DNA from: Candidatus Omnitrophota bacterium
GTDB taxonomy: Bacteria > Omnitrophota > Gorgyraeia > JABMRG01 > JAFGKX01
Direction: 5' to 3'
NCBI GenBank assembly: GCA_043797125.1
Contig: JAZDPX010000023.1
Location: forward strand, 3,098-67,097
DNA: 64,000 nt
Position numbers and translations under genes: made by a program. Below are positions 37,852-46,885 of the stretch, in pieces (positions within the stretch are counted from its first letter, which is position 1; each line of letters opens with the position of its first letter). Below the pieces are notes generated by a model. That model was given only the letters and a program-made list of their open reading frames with translations, was not told where the DNA came from and made no database searches.

Positions 37852-38064
37852 ATGGCAAATAAAAAGAAATTTAAGCCGCAAGTTACGCGGGTTAAGCTTA
37901 ACCCTGAACAGGCAGTGTTGGGATGCAGCTGTTATGATATTGGGATATACCATATTGACCATTTAGAAACACGAAGTTTTAATGCGTGCATCCCTGAAGC
38001 AAAAGAGTATGATACGCGCGCTACTCATTGCGTAGGAGACCCTGCGGGGATTCTTACAAGCTAA
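37852..38064 (+). CDS. candidate RiPP precursor peptide (70 aa, 4 Cys, C-terminal Ser)
   Basis: Strong SD GGAGGTGG 5 nt upstream of ATG. Lys-rich leader-like N-terminus MANKKKFKPQVTRVKLNPEQAVLG. Core CSCYDIGIYHIDHLETRSFNACIPEAKEYDTRATHCVGDPAGILTS. Sits between two SPASM radical SAM genes. Confidence 0.5.
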   Translation: MANKKKFKPQVTRVKLNPEQAVLGCSCYDIGIYHIDHLETRSFNACIPEAKEYDTRATHCVGDPAGILTS

Positions 38065-38065
38065 A

Positions 38066-39142
38066 TTGATGAAGGAGATAGACAAATTTAAATTTTATAG
38101 CCATCTTAGAAGCAGGAGTAGCCACCAGCCCCTAATTGGGCAACTGGAGCTTACGTATAGGTGTGGGCTTAATTGTATTCATTGCTATTGCAAAGGAAGT
38201 GAAGATAAAGAAAAGGAATTGGCTACTCGAGACTGGAAGCAAATATTGGATATGCTGCAGAAAGAAGGCTGTGTTTGGCTTAATCTTACCGGAGGAGATC
38301 CTTTAATTCGGGATGACTTTCTGGAAATTTACTCTTATGCCAAAGCTAAATGTTTTATTGTTTCAATTTTCAGCAGCGGATATGGTTTTAACTGTGAAAC
38401 TATCGAATATCTGGTCAAAATACCGCCCCATTCCATAGAGATTACATTAAACGGCATTACTCAAAGCACTTATGAATCCATAACACAGACAAAAGGTTCT
38501 TTTTTCGCGGCTATGCGCAACATAAGGTTATTGGCCTCAAAAAACTTACCGCTTATTATAAAAACGAACTGCATAAAGCAAAACCGGCATGAATTAGTGA
38601 GGATAAAACATTTCACTGAAGAGCTTTTAGGCAAACCATACAATAAGCATTTTTTTAGATATGATCATACTATACATCCAAGACTAAACGGAGACAAAAC
38701 ACCGTTAAGTTACAGGCTTTCTTTTGAAGAAATAGCCGAAACGAAAAAAGAGGATAAGGATATATGGCAGGAGTATCACAAGGCGTTAAAAGCCCGCACT
38801 CACAGTTTACCAAGAGAGGCAGATTTTCTTTACCAGTGCAATTCCTGGAAGCGGCAATTTATTATAGACCCTTACGGTAAGCTAAGACTATGTACCTTGT
38901 CAAAAAAACATAATATCGATTTAAAAATCGTATCCTTTAGGGAGGGATTTTATAATATACTTCCCGGGGTTTTAGAAGAGAGGTTTAAAACACCCTCCAA
39001 ATGCCGCTTATGCCATTTAAGGTCTTTATGCTATAATTGCCCTGCCAGAGCGTATCTTGAAACAGGTAACGAAGAGTTGCCGGTGGAATATTTTTGTCAA
39101 TTCGCGGAACAAACATACAGATACGAAAAGAATGAATTATAG
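38066..39142 (+). CDS. radical SAM / SPASM-domain peptide-modifying enzyme (paralog 2 of 3)
   Basis: LELTYRCGLNCIHCY and C-terminal CRLCHLRSLCYNCPARAY. The track start is TTG 38066; the ATG is at 38069. Confidence 0.7.
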   Translation: MMKEIDKFKFYSHLRSRSSHQPLIGQLELTYRCGLNCIHCYCKGSEDKEKELATRDWKQILDMLQKEGCVWLNLTGGDPLIRDDFLEIYSYAKAKCFIVSIFSSGYGFNCETIEYLVKIPPHSIEITLNGITQSTYESITQTKGSFFAAMRNIRLLASKNLPLIIKTNCIKQNRHELVRIKHFTEELLGKPYNKHFFRYDHTIHPRLNGDKTPLSYRLSFEEIAETKKEDKDIWQEYHKALKARTHSLPREADFLYQCNSWKRQFIIDPYGKLRLCTLSKKHNIDLKIVSFREGFYNILPGVLEERFKTPSKCRLCHLRSLCYNCPARAYLETGNEELPVEYFCQFAEQTYRYEKNEL

Positions 39143-40055
39143 GATTAGATTAAAAATAGCCGGCGTCTTAATTCAGATGGAAAGCAAGCACCCGTTGCAG
39201 AAGTTTAATCTTAAGCAGCAGAGACAAAGAAGACATGGACGCTTCCATAATTTTTTCTATCATGGTAGGCAAAAGCCGCAAGTCAGGATTAAGATAGAAA
39301 TAAAAGATAAATTACCAAAAATAAGCAAAAAGGCAAAAGAGCTTTTTCTTACTAAAAATTTTGACGGAATAGGAACGAATTGGCGCCTTCTAACATACAA
39401 GGGCGGTTATATTTACAAAAATTTTGTTAAGGCCAAAAAACAGATTATGACGATGGACAAAAATTTTAAAAGCATAACCGTTTTTCTTTTGCCAAAAAAC
39501 AAACAACGCGTGTGGGATATGGCGGACATCGTATATGATTTTTTGCAAATTTTGCTAATAAATTATTTTGCGCGTTATAAATTAGGCATTTTTGCGCATG
39601 CCATGGGAGTGAAAGATGTTAATAAAAACGGCTTTCTTTTTTTAGGAGAGTCTGGCGCAGGCAAAAGCACAATGGCCAGAATATGGCACAAGCATACAAA
39701 GGCGCAGATTTTAAACGATGATCGCGTAATTATACGGCGGGAAAACAACGGCAATTTTTTTATTTATGGCACGCCGTGGCATGGAAATTTTAGCGATTAT
39801 CTTGGCGCGCGCATGGAAAAAGCCAGGCTGGTCAAATTATTTTTTATATATCATAACTCCCATAACGAAGCAAAGCGCATTGTTCAGAAGGCGGCATTTA
39901 GATTTTTTTATCCTGCAATATTTCCCACATTTTGGGATAAGGAATATTTGGAAAACATCGCCTCATTATCCTGTGATTTGTTGGATAGGGTGCCTTGTTT
40001 TCGTTTAGGATTTGTTAATGATAAAAATATAATTGAATTTGTAAGAAAGAAATGA
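39132..40055 (+). CDS. HPr-kinase-related P-loop kinase (lasso-peptide-kinase-like)
   Basis: Walker A FLGESGAGKST and the HprK C-terminal-domain-like fold order. The start is moved to the in-frame ATG 39132 (or 39177) because the track ORF 39057 start overlaps the upstream gene. Confidence 0.5.
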   Translation: MNYRIRLKIAGVLIQMESKHPLQKFNLKQQRQRRHGRFHNFFYHGRQKPQVRIKIEIKDKLPKISKKAKELFLTKNFDGIGTNWRLLTYKGGYIYKNFVKAKKQIMTMDKNFKSITVFLLPKNKQRVWDMADIVYDFLQILLINYFARYKLGIFAHAMGVKDVNKNGFLFLGESGAGKSTMARIWHKHTKAQILNDDRVIIRRENNGNFFIYGTPWHGNFSDYLGARMEKARLVKLFFIYHNSHNEAKRIVQKAAFRFFYPAIFPTFWDKEYLENIASLSCDLLDRVPCFRLGFVNDKNIIEFVRKK

Positions 40056-41116
40056 GAGAAATCCCTTATAAAGATTTTAGCTTTACCACACATAAGAAGA
40101 ACTGGCAAAGAGACGCATTAAATGTTTGTAAATTAGAATTAACTTTTAAATGCGGCTTACATTGCCGGCATTGCTATTCGGATTGCTATAATCGTGATTC
40201 TTGTATAAAAGAAGAGTTAAAAACGCAGGATGTAAAATATACCCTAGATAAGCTTTATGCAAGCGGTATAATATGGCTATGTTTTACCGGCGGCGATCCG
40301 TTAACAAGGAACGATTTTTTAGATATTTACACTTATGCTAAAACTAAAGGCTTTATCATCTCAATATTCAGTAATGGTTATTCCATGACGGAGACAATAG
40401 CCGCTTATTTGCAAAAAACTCCCCCGTTTTCATTTGAAATTACCTTAAACGCAGTAACACGGAAAAGATATGAAGAGATCTCACAAGTCAAAGGTTCCTT
40501 TGGCAGGACAATGGCTGGCATAGATATGTTGATAGAAAAAAAATTACCTCTTAAGATAAAAACTCAGATTACCCAACAAAACTTTGACGAATTAAAACAA
40601 ATTGAACATTTTATAATTGGCTTAAGGCTGAAACCCACGATGAATTTTGCGCTGTGCCCGCGTTTAAACGGCGATTTAGAGCCTACACGACTTAGAATAC
40701 CACCCGAACAAGTAAGGAGTTTAAAGGTGCGGGAAAATACCTCAAGTGAATATTGTAAGAAAAACCAGAATGGAAATAGCAAACCAAAGCACACAGGCCT
40801 TTTTCTCTGCGCTATAGACGGGGATGGAATACATATTGACCCCTACGGCAATGCCTTTCCCTGCAATTTAATAAGAAAACCTAATTTTAATTTGCTCAAA
40901 ACAAACATTGAGTTAGTGCGTGCTGAGCTGCTGTCACTGGCGCGCGGTAAAAAATTCACTACAAGTTCAGGATGCAGGTTCTGCAATTTAAGGCAGAATT
41001 GCTTAAATTGCCCCGGCAATTCATATTTAGAGACAGGTGACCAGGAAAGGCCGGTTGATTATTATTGCAAGTTGGCGAAAGAGGTCTTGCATGTTAACAA
41101 AATGGACGCGGTTTAA
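40052..41116 (+). CDS. radical SAM / SPASM-domain peptide-modifying enzyme (paralog 3 of 3)
   Basis: LELTFKCGLHCRHCY and C-terminal CRFCNLRQNCLNCPGNSY. Confidence 0.7.
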   Translation: MREIPYKDFSFTTHKKNWQRDALNVCKLELTFKCGLHCRHCYSDCYNRDSCIKEELKTQDVKYTLDKLYASGIIWLCFTGGDPLTRNDFLDIYTYAKTKGFIISIFSNGYSMTETIAAYLQKTPPFSFEITLNAVTRKRYEEISQVKGSFGRTMAGIDMLIEKKLPLKIKTQITQQNFDELKQIEHFIIGLRLKPTMNFALCPRLNGDLEPTRLRIPPEQVRSLKVRENTSSEYCKKNQNGNSKPKHTGLFLCAIDGDGIHIDPYGNAFPCNLIRKPNFNLLKTNIELVRAELLSLARGKKFTTSSGCRFCNLRQNCLNCPGNSYLETGDQERPVDYYCKLAKEVLHVNKMDAV

Positions 41117-42785
41117 TCATTATCTTTATCCGCATTGGAAACGCCTGGCGTTAACCATCTTTTTGGGTTTGGTCAGTATGTTTCTAGCTTTAATTAATCC
41201 ATATCTAATCAAATTAATGATTGATAAGGCTTATCCTCAGCACAACTTGAAATTATTTTTACTTTTTGCTTTAACAGGAGGCATTATTTTCGCTCTTATA
41301 ACGATAATCAATTCGTATAGCGGTTATCTAAACCAGCGCGTTAACTCACTTGTCAAATTCAGGCTGACAAATGATATCTTCCGGTGTTTACAGCAAAAGG
41401 ATTTGGCCTTTTTCAGGGATAAATCCGCAGCCGAACATCTTTACAAAGTAAACAGCGATGTTGGCATGGTGAGCAATTTTATTTGCGTATATATGCCGCA
41501 ACTGATTATTTTAGTGCCCAGGAGTTTTTTTATTTTAGCAATTGTATTTTTTCTTAATTGGAAGATAGCTTTATTATCGGTTTTGATTGTTCCGTTATGC
41601 TGTATTAACCCATATTTCTTTAAAAGATGGCTTAGGGACGCGCAGAAGCGGCTGGTAGATAAAGCGCAGAAGGCATTTTTTAGCCTTCATGAAGCATTCA
41701 GCCATATTTTATTGACCAAGGTTTTCCACAAAGAGAAGCAATGTGCGGAAAAGTTAGAGAAAGAAATAGAAAAAGTTATGTACTTTGAATGCAGAAATTC
41801 AAGATTATTAGCCATAAGCGGCCTTTCTAATTCTTTATTGAATAAAACCTGTAGCGGCATAATTGTGATATATTGCGGATACCAGGTAATAAGCGGCAAT
41901 ATGACCTTGGGGGATGTGTCGGCAGTAATGATATACCTTATGCAATTTTTCGCCCTGGCGATTGCATTAGCCAGGTTTTCTGACTCATTGGCTATAAATT
42001 CAGTTTCACAGAATCGTTTAGATGAGATTTTTCAGGCACAGCCGCTTATAAAAGATTATCCGGGCGCTAAGGACTATTCTATTTTACGCCCCAGCATCGA
42101 ATTCAAGGATTTAACTTTCGGATACGCAGAAAAGAAAGTGATCCTGCGTGGAATAGGTTTTTACATAGAGCCCTGCCAGAAAATAGCCTTAACAGGGCCA
42201 TCAGGCTGTGGGAAAACCACACTGCTTAACTTGCTTTTGAGGCTTTACGAACCTTGGCGTGGAGAAATTTTTATTGATGGTCATGAACTCAAGGATTTTA
42301 GGATAGGGTCATTGCGTGAGCAAACAGGCATAGCGTTGCAGGAACCTTTTTTGTGGGATAGCACCGTTAAAGATAATATTCTTTATGGAAACGAGAATGC
42401 AACCATAGATGAGCTTATTGAAGCCTCAAAGATTGCCCAGGCGCATGACTTTATTTTAGGTTTGCCACAGCAGTATGATACGCAGATCGGTGAGATGGCA
42501 TGTAAGATTTCGGAGGGCCAGAAACAGCGTATTGCCATAGCGCGTGCTGTAATTAAAAAGCCAAAAATATTGATTTTAGATGAAGCAATGGCGTCTATTG
42601 ATTCCGAGACCGAAGGTAAAATTGTGGAAAATCTGAAAAACAACTTAAAAAATTCTACAATTATTGTGATTTCGCATAATTCCGCTACTTTGCGAAAGAT
42701 GGATTCGGTATATTTTTTTAAAAATCCATCAGAAATAATACCTTGCCATGACGAAAAACTTCAGGAAAAATATATTATTAATTAA
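41091..42785 (+). CDS. ABC transporter, fused permease/ATP-binding protein (peptide exporter type, no N-terminal C39 peptidase domain)
   Basis: Six N-terminal TM helices, then Walker A GPSGCGKTT, signature ISEGQKQRIAIARA and Walker B ILILDEA. The start is moved to ATG 41091. Confidence 0.75.
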   Translation: MLTKWTRFNHYLYPHWKRLALTIFLGLVSMFLALINPYLIKLMIDKAYPQHNLKLFLLFALTGGIIFALITIINSYSGYLNQRVNSLVKFRLTNDIFRCLQQKDLAFFRDKSAAEHLYKVNSDVGMVSNFICVYMPQLIILVPRSFFILAIVFFLNWKIALLSVLIVPLCCINPYFFKRWLRDAQKRLVDKAQKAFFSLHEAFSHILLTKVFHKEKQCAEKLEKEIEKVMYFECRNSRLLAISGLSNSLLNKTCSGIIVIYCGYQVISGNMTLGDVSAVMIYLMQFFALAIALARFSDSLAINSVSQNRLDEIFQAQPLIKDYPGAKDYSILRPSIEFKDLTFGYAEKKVILRGIGFYIEPCQKIALTGPSGCGKTTLLNLLLRLYEPWRGEIFIDGHELKDFRIGSLREQTGIALQEPFLWDSTVKDNILYGNENATIDELIEASKIAQAHDFILGLPQQYDTQIGEMACKISEGQKQRIAIARAVIKKPKILILDEAMASIDSETEGKIVENLKNNLKNSTIIVISHNSATLRKMDSVYFFKNPSEIIPCHDEKLQEKYIIN

Positions 42786-44169
42786 TCCTAGGGTAATAAG
42801 ATACAGAAGCTATCCTTCGGTAGCATTAGCCAGCATAGGGTCTTATCTGCGTAGTAATGGTTGTAATGTAAGAATAGTTGATAGCAATTTTACAAATGAA
42901 GACCCATACCGCGTTTTGGCAAAGACAAACGGAGAATATTTAGTCGGTATAAGTTGCGAATCTAAAAATATCGAAGAGGCCCTTAAGATAGCGGTATACG
43001 CCAAAGAAAAACAAAATATTGTTGTAATGGGGGGGTTGCATGTTTCCCTGGCGAAAGAGAAGATACTGGACAATATTTGCGTGGATTACGGAATATATGG
43101 AGACGGCGAATTATCACTCCTTAAATTGATTGAGGCTCTGGATGAAGGCCTTCCTTTGGAAGATGTGCCTGGATTAATATACAAATTCACCGGGCAGATA
43201 AAGGTTAATGAAAAGGGACAGGCGGCAAATTTAGATGAGTTGCCCTTTCCCGATTATAAGCTGGCAGGAATTAACAGAATATCCCAATATCCGCTTATAA
43301 CGAGCAGGGATTGCCCTTATAAATGCACTTATTGCACTGTCGGGGCGATTTCGCACGGAAGTTGGCGTATACGCAGCCCAAAAAACGTAATAGCTGAATT
43401 GAAATACGCAAAAGAAACTTACAATATTAAGAGTTTCATTATATTTGATGAAAACTTTTCTCATGATATGGAGCGGGTTAAGATGTTTTGTCTGATGCTG
43501 CTTAAAGAAAATCTTATTTTGCCTTGGGCCGTTATAGAGGGTATGCGCGCCGATAAAGTTGATAGGGAGTTTCTTAGGCTGCTAAAAGTCTCAGGGTGTA
43601 AGGATATTATTTACGGGGTTGAAAGCGCGGATGAGAAGGTTTTTGAGAATATATCGAAAGGGGGAAAATTTTTAACGATAGAAAAAGCGATTGATTTGGC
43701 AAAAGACGAGGGCCTTGAGGTGGGAGCCTATTTTGTTATAGGGCTGCCGGGAGCGACTTTTGAATCGGAAATGAAATCTATTGAATTCGCAACAAAACAC
43801 AATCTTAGCCCTTGCGTATTCTGGATGGCAATACCATATTACAATACGCAGCTTTATGAATGGGTCCTGAAAAACGCCAAGCTTTTAAGAGAGCCTACGG
43901 GTGAGAACCTGGTAAATTCCCTGAGCACAGAGCCGTTTTTTGAAACAGAAATCTTCCCAAAGGATAAAGTGAAAAAGGCATTTGTCATGGCTCAATTAAG
44001 TATCGGAAACTATAGTTTTTATGAAGACCACGACGGCAAAAAAATCTCAAAAATCTTTAGGTTTTTACTTGTGTGTCTGTATATGTTGAGATATGACTTA
44101 TGCAGTTTGTGGAGTTTTCTGGCCTCTGGTAGGCGGCTGAAACAAGAAAGTTTTGCATATGGTAAATAA
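42748..44169 (+). CDS. B12-binding domain radical SAM enzyme
   Basis: ITSRDCPYKCTYCTV (CxxxCxxC) after an N-terminal B12-binding-like domain. Third such enzyme in the window. Confidence 0.7.
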   Translation: MTKNFRKNILLINPRVIRYRSYPSVALASIGSYLRSNGCNVRIVDSNFTNEDPYRVLAKTNGEYLVGISCESKNIEEALKIAVYAKEKQNIVVMGGLHVSLAKEKILDNICVDYGIYGDGELSLLKLIEALDEGLPLEDVPGLIYKFTGQIKVNEKGQAANLDELPFPDYKLAGINRISQYPLITSRDCPYKCTYCTVGAISHGSWRIRSPKNVIAELKYAKETYNIKSFIIFDENFSHDMERVKMFCLMLLKENLILPWAVIEGMRADKVDREFLRLLKVSGCKDIIYGVESADEKVFENISKGGKFLTIEKAIDLAKDEGLEVGAYFVIGLPGATFESEMKSIEFATKHNLSPCVFWMAIPYYNTQLYEWVLKNAKLLREPTGENLVNSLSTEPFFETEIFPKDKVKKAFVMAQLSIGNYSFYEDHDGKKISKIFRFLLVCLYMLRYDLCSLWSFLASGRRLKQESFAYGK

Positions 44170-45103
44170 AATAAAAAATGAAAAAATAAATAGGGTGAAC
44201 CGATGGTCTGATTTAAGAGCGCATGAGATTATGATAAGGGATAAGCTAAGGACCCTTTCCTACAAAAAGGCCATAGAAGATAATATTAAATCCGGTGATG
44301 CGGTTTTGGATGTCGGCTGCGGCACCGGCATATTATCTTTTTTTGCGGCAAAAAAAGGATGCAAAAAAGTTTATGCAATAGATAAATCCGCCATTATAGA
44401 TGATGCCAAAAAGACAGCGCAGCTAAATAATCTCCAAGATTGCGTTGAATTTATTAAAATAGATATACTAAAATTTAAACCAAAAGAGAAGATGGATGTA
44501 ATACTGCATGACCAGATAGGCAACTTTGTATGGGATGAAGGCCTTATTTCTAAAATAACTTATGCAAGAGACAGGTTTCTTAGTCAGGGCGGCACGATGA
44601 TTCCTTATAAAATAGATTTATGCTTTGTGCCCGTGGATTATGAATCGGCTTTTGAGAAATCCATTTTGTTTTGGTCTAAAAAGAAATACGCGTTAAATTT
44701 CAATAATCTTGCCAAGAAAATGCTTATACAGCAGATTTACAATTCGCTCCATCCGTATATAATTAAGCTTAAAAATAAGAAAGTTTTTTTGTGTAAAGAA
44801 AAGCTAATTTATAGTATCGATTTAAAAAAAGAAAAACGCCTGCCTGAAAAATTGACAGCAAATTTTAACTTAAAAAAAGGCTCAAGGCTTACTGGTATGT
44901 GCATATATTTTAAGGTACACCTGGATAAAAAAAATATTTTCTCTACGGCGCCTAGAGCTGTAAACAGCCACTGGGGCCAGATATTTTTGCCGTCTTTTGA
45001 GCAAAAGCAAATAAAGCAGGATTCTGTTTTAAATTTCACATTATTTCCCCAAATTTCTCCTAAAAAATGGAAGTTCGAATTTAAGATAATAAAAAAGACA
45101 TAA
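44153..45103 (+). CDS. SAM-dependent methyltransferase, protein-arginine-methyltransferase (PRMT)-like
   Basis: VLDVGCGTGILSFFAAKKG motif I, the post-I acidic motif and a C-terminal beta-barrel-like region, as in the PRMT fold. Confidence 0.45.
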   Translation: MHMVNKIKNEKINRVNRWSDLRAHEIMIRDKLRTLSYKKAIEDNIKSGDAVLDVGCGTGILSFFAAKKGCKKVYAIDKSAIIDDAKKTAQLNNLQDCVEFIKIDILKFKPKEKMDVILHDQIGNFVWDEGLISKITYARDRFLSQGGTMIPYKIDLCFVPVDYESAFEKSILFWSKKKYALNFNNLAKKMLIQQIYNSLHPYIIKLKNKKVFLCKEKLIYSIDLKKEKRLPEKLTANFNLKKGSRLTGMCIYFKVHLDKKNIFSTAPRAVNSHWGQIFLPSFEQKQIKQDSVLNFTLFPQISPKKWKFEFKIIKKT

Positions 45104-45114
45104 GAAAACTTGCC

Positions 45115-46743
45115 TTGGGAAAAACCCTTAAAGAAACAGATACAAGAATACACAGAGATATGCTAATTTCATCCATAGCTAAAAAGGGCAGCGTGTGGGT
45201 GCAGGCATATGGAGCTAGTATGTCCCCGTTAATAAAAGAAGGTGACTGGCTGGAAATTTCCTCAATTTCCTATACTAAATTGAAACCAGGAGACGTAGTA
45301 GCAATAAAGCCCGAGGGTTATCAGGATAAATCAATAGTGCATAGGCTCATTAAAATAATAAATAGCCCAAATTCGTTGCTCATAAAGGGCGATAATCAGA
45401 TTTTAACCAATTCCCCTGAACCTGTAAGCGCAGATTTTCTGATCGGAAAAATAATAGCCATAAAACGCTCAAGCAAATGCATAAGAGTGGATAATTTTGT
45501 GTGGGATATCATTGGTTATATTGTAGTGAAACTTTCTACAGCTTCCCCGGGATTTGCAAGGATATTTTTATTAACAATAAGTCTTTTTTCTGCGCCAAAA
45601 GAGATTCCATCAAAAATACTCAAACGAATTAAAAAAAATTGTTTTCGCAGTGGACAAATTCCTAAAAAAGAGGATTTGTTCATCCTGCAGCATTGTAGCC
45701 CTGCCCCAGAGGTAAACTCTCATGCGCCGAAAGCCCTTGATTGGGAATATATATATCAAAAAAGCATGAAAACCCAATCAGTTGCCCTGTTATACCGCAA
45801 CTTAAAGCTAAAAGGCATTGAGAATATGATTCCCGGCAGCATGCTTAGGCGTTTAAAAGATATATACATCACAAACTCACTGCGCAATTTAAGTCTTTTA
45901 GATGAATTTGAGAAGATTATGGCAGTTATTAATGAACGAAAAATAAAAGCAATGCCAATAAAGGGGTTTTCCCTGCTTCTCGATATATATGAAGATGCAG
46001 GCGCGCGCGGCATTACAGATTTGGATTTATTCATAGATAGAAAAGATATGGATGCCGTATCCGGGATATTTCAGGGACTTGGGTATAGGAGACTACAGGA
46101 ACATGAAAAAATAAGTTACTATAGCCATCATCATATATTGACTTCAAAAGAAAAAGCAATACGCGTCGTAGAGATACACACAAGGCTTTTCCCGTGGTAT
46201 GTTGAGGAATTTTTTATTAAGATAGAAAGTTACGATTTTTTAGCAAGGGCACAAAAGATAAAATGGCGCAATATCGAAATATGCAAAATGGAGAAAACAG
46301 ATGAATTTATTTTCTCTCTTTTGAGTTATTATGCAAATAATTTTGCAGGCCTTAAATACCTTTTGGATGCAGATGCGATATTGAAGAAAGCCATAGATTT
46401 TGACTGGCAAGGATTTCTAAAAAGAATAAAAGAATACGATATAATGACCCAAATTTCTTATGGTATTTTCTTTTGCAAAAAATACTTAAACAGCCCTATC
46501 CCCTCAAATATTATCGATGAAATTTCATTTACTTCAGGAAAGACGTATTTCGTTCTAAATCGGGTATTTCCTATAACGCTTATGCATAAACAATTCCCGA
46601 AATGGCAAAGCCGCATTATGAGGTTTAAGGAAATGAACAATATCAGAGACAGAAGCTCCTTGATAAAAGAAGCTATTGTATGGCATTTGTATAAAAAGTT
46701 TGGAATTTTTTCTAATTATGTAACTCAAAAAAATTATAGTTAG
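45115..46743 (+). CDS. S24/S26-family serine peptidase domain fused to a nucleotidyltransferase-like (PF14907-like) domain
   Basis: N-terminal GASMSPLIKEGDWL...VHRL...KGDN (Ser nucleophile GxSM and Lys of signal-peptidase/LexA-type peptidases). C-terminal ITDLDLFIDRKDMDAVSGIFQGLGY nucleotidyltransferase-like region. The track start is TTG; alternative ATG at 45160. Confidence 0.45.
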   Translation: MGKTLKETDTRIHRDMLISSIAKKGSVWVQAYGASMSPLIKEGDWLEISSISYTKLKPGDVVAIKPEGYQDKSIVHRLIKIINSPNSLLIKGDNQILTNSPEPVSADFLIGKIIAIKRSSKCIRVDNFVWDIIGYIVVKLSTASPGFARIFLLTISLFSAPKEIPSKILKRIKKNCFRSGQIPKKEDLFILQHCSPAPEVNSHAPKALDWEYIYQKSMKTQSVALLYRNLKLKGIENMIPGSMLRRLKDIYITNSLRNLSLLDEFEKIMAVINERKIKAMPIKGFSLLLDIYEDAGARGITDLDLFIDRKDMDAVSGIFQGLGYRRLQEHEKISYYSHHHILTSKEKAIRVVEIHTRLFPWYVEEFFIKIESYDFLARAQKIKWRNIEICKMEKTDEFIFSLLSYYANNFAGLKYLLDADAILKKAIDFDWQGFLKRIKEYDIMTQISYGIFFCKKYLNSPIPSNIIDEISFTSGKTYFVLNRVFPITLMHKQFPKWQSRIMRFKEMNNIRDRSSLIKEAIVWHLYKKFGIFSNYVTQKNYS

Positions 46744-46797
46744 CCAAATAACTTTTCTGTCAACTCCTTTTTGCCCCTTAAAATGCCCCCTATTTTC

Positions 46798-46828
46798 TTG
46801 ACTTTATATAATTTTGTATGTTAATATA
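46798..46828 (+). promoter_or_regulatory. possible sigma70-type promoter (TTGACT-N18-TAATAT) for the export operon
   Basis: In the AT-rich 140-nt intergenic region before the Wzc-like gene. Weak. Confidence 0.3.
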
Positions 46829-46885
46829 TTAAATTATGTAATAATATTTCTAAGACTTACTAGTTTTAAAAAAAAGGATATAAAA

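Noticed and set aside
37653-37862. 69-aa ORF overlapping the 3' end of SPASM rSAM paralog 1 in another frame (considered as an alternative precursor peptide)
   Set aside because: It lies inside the C-terminal SPASM Cys-cluster coding region of the rSAM gene, is Lys/Arg/Ser-rich and low-complexity, and has no SD. The non-overlapping 37852..38064 ORF with a strong SD is the better candidate.
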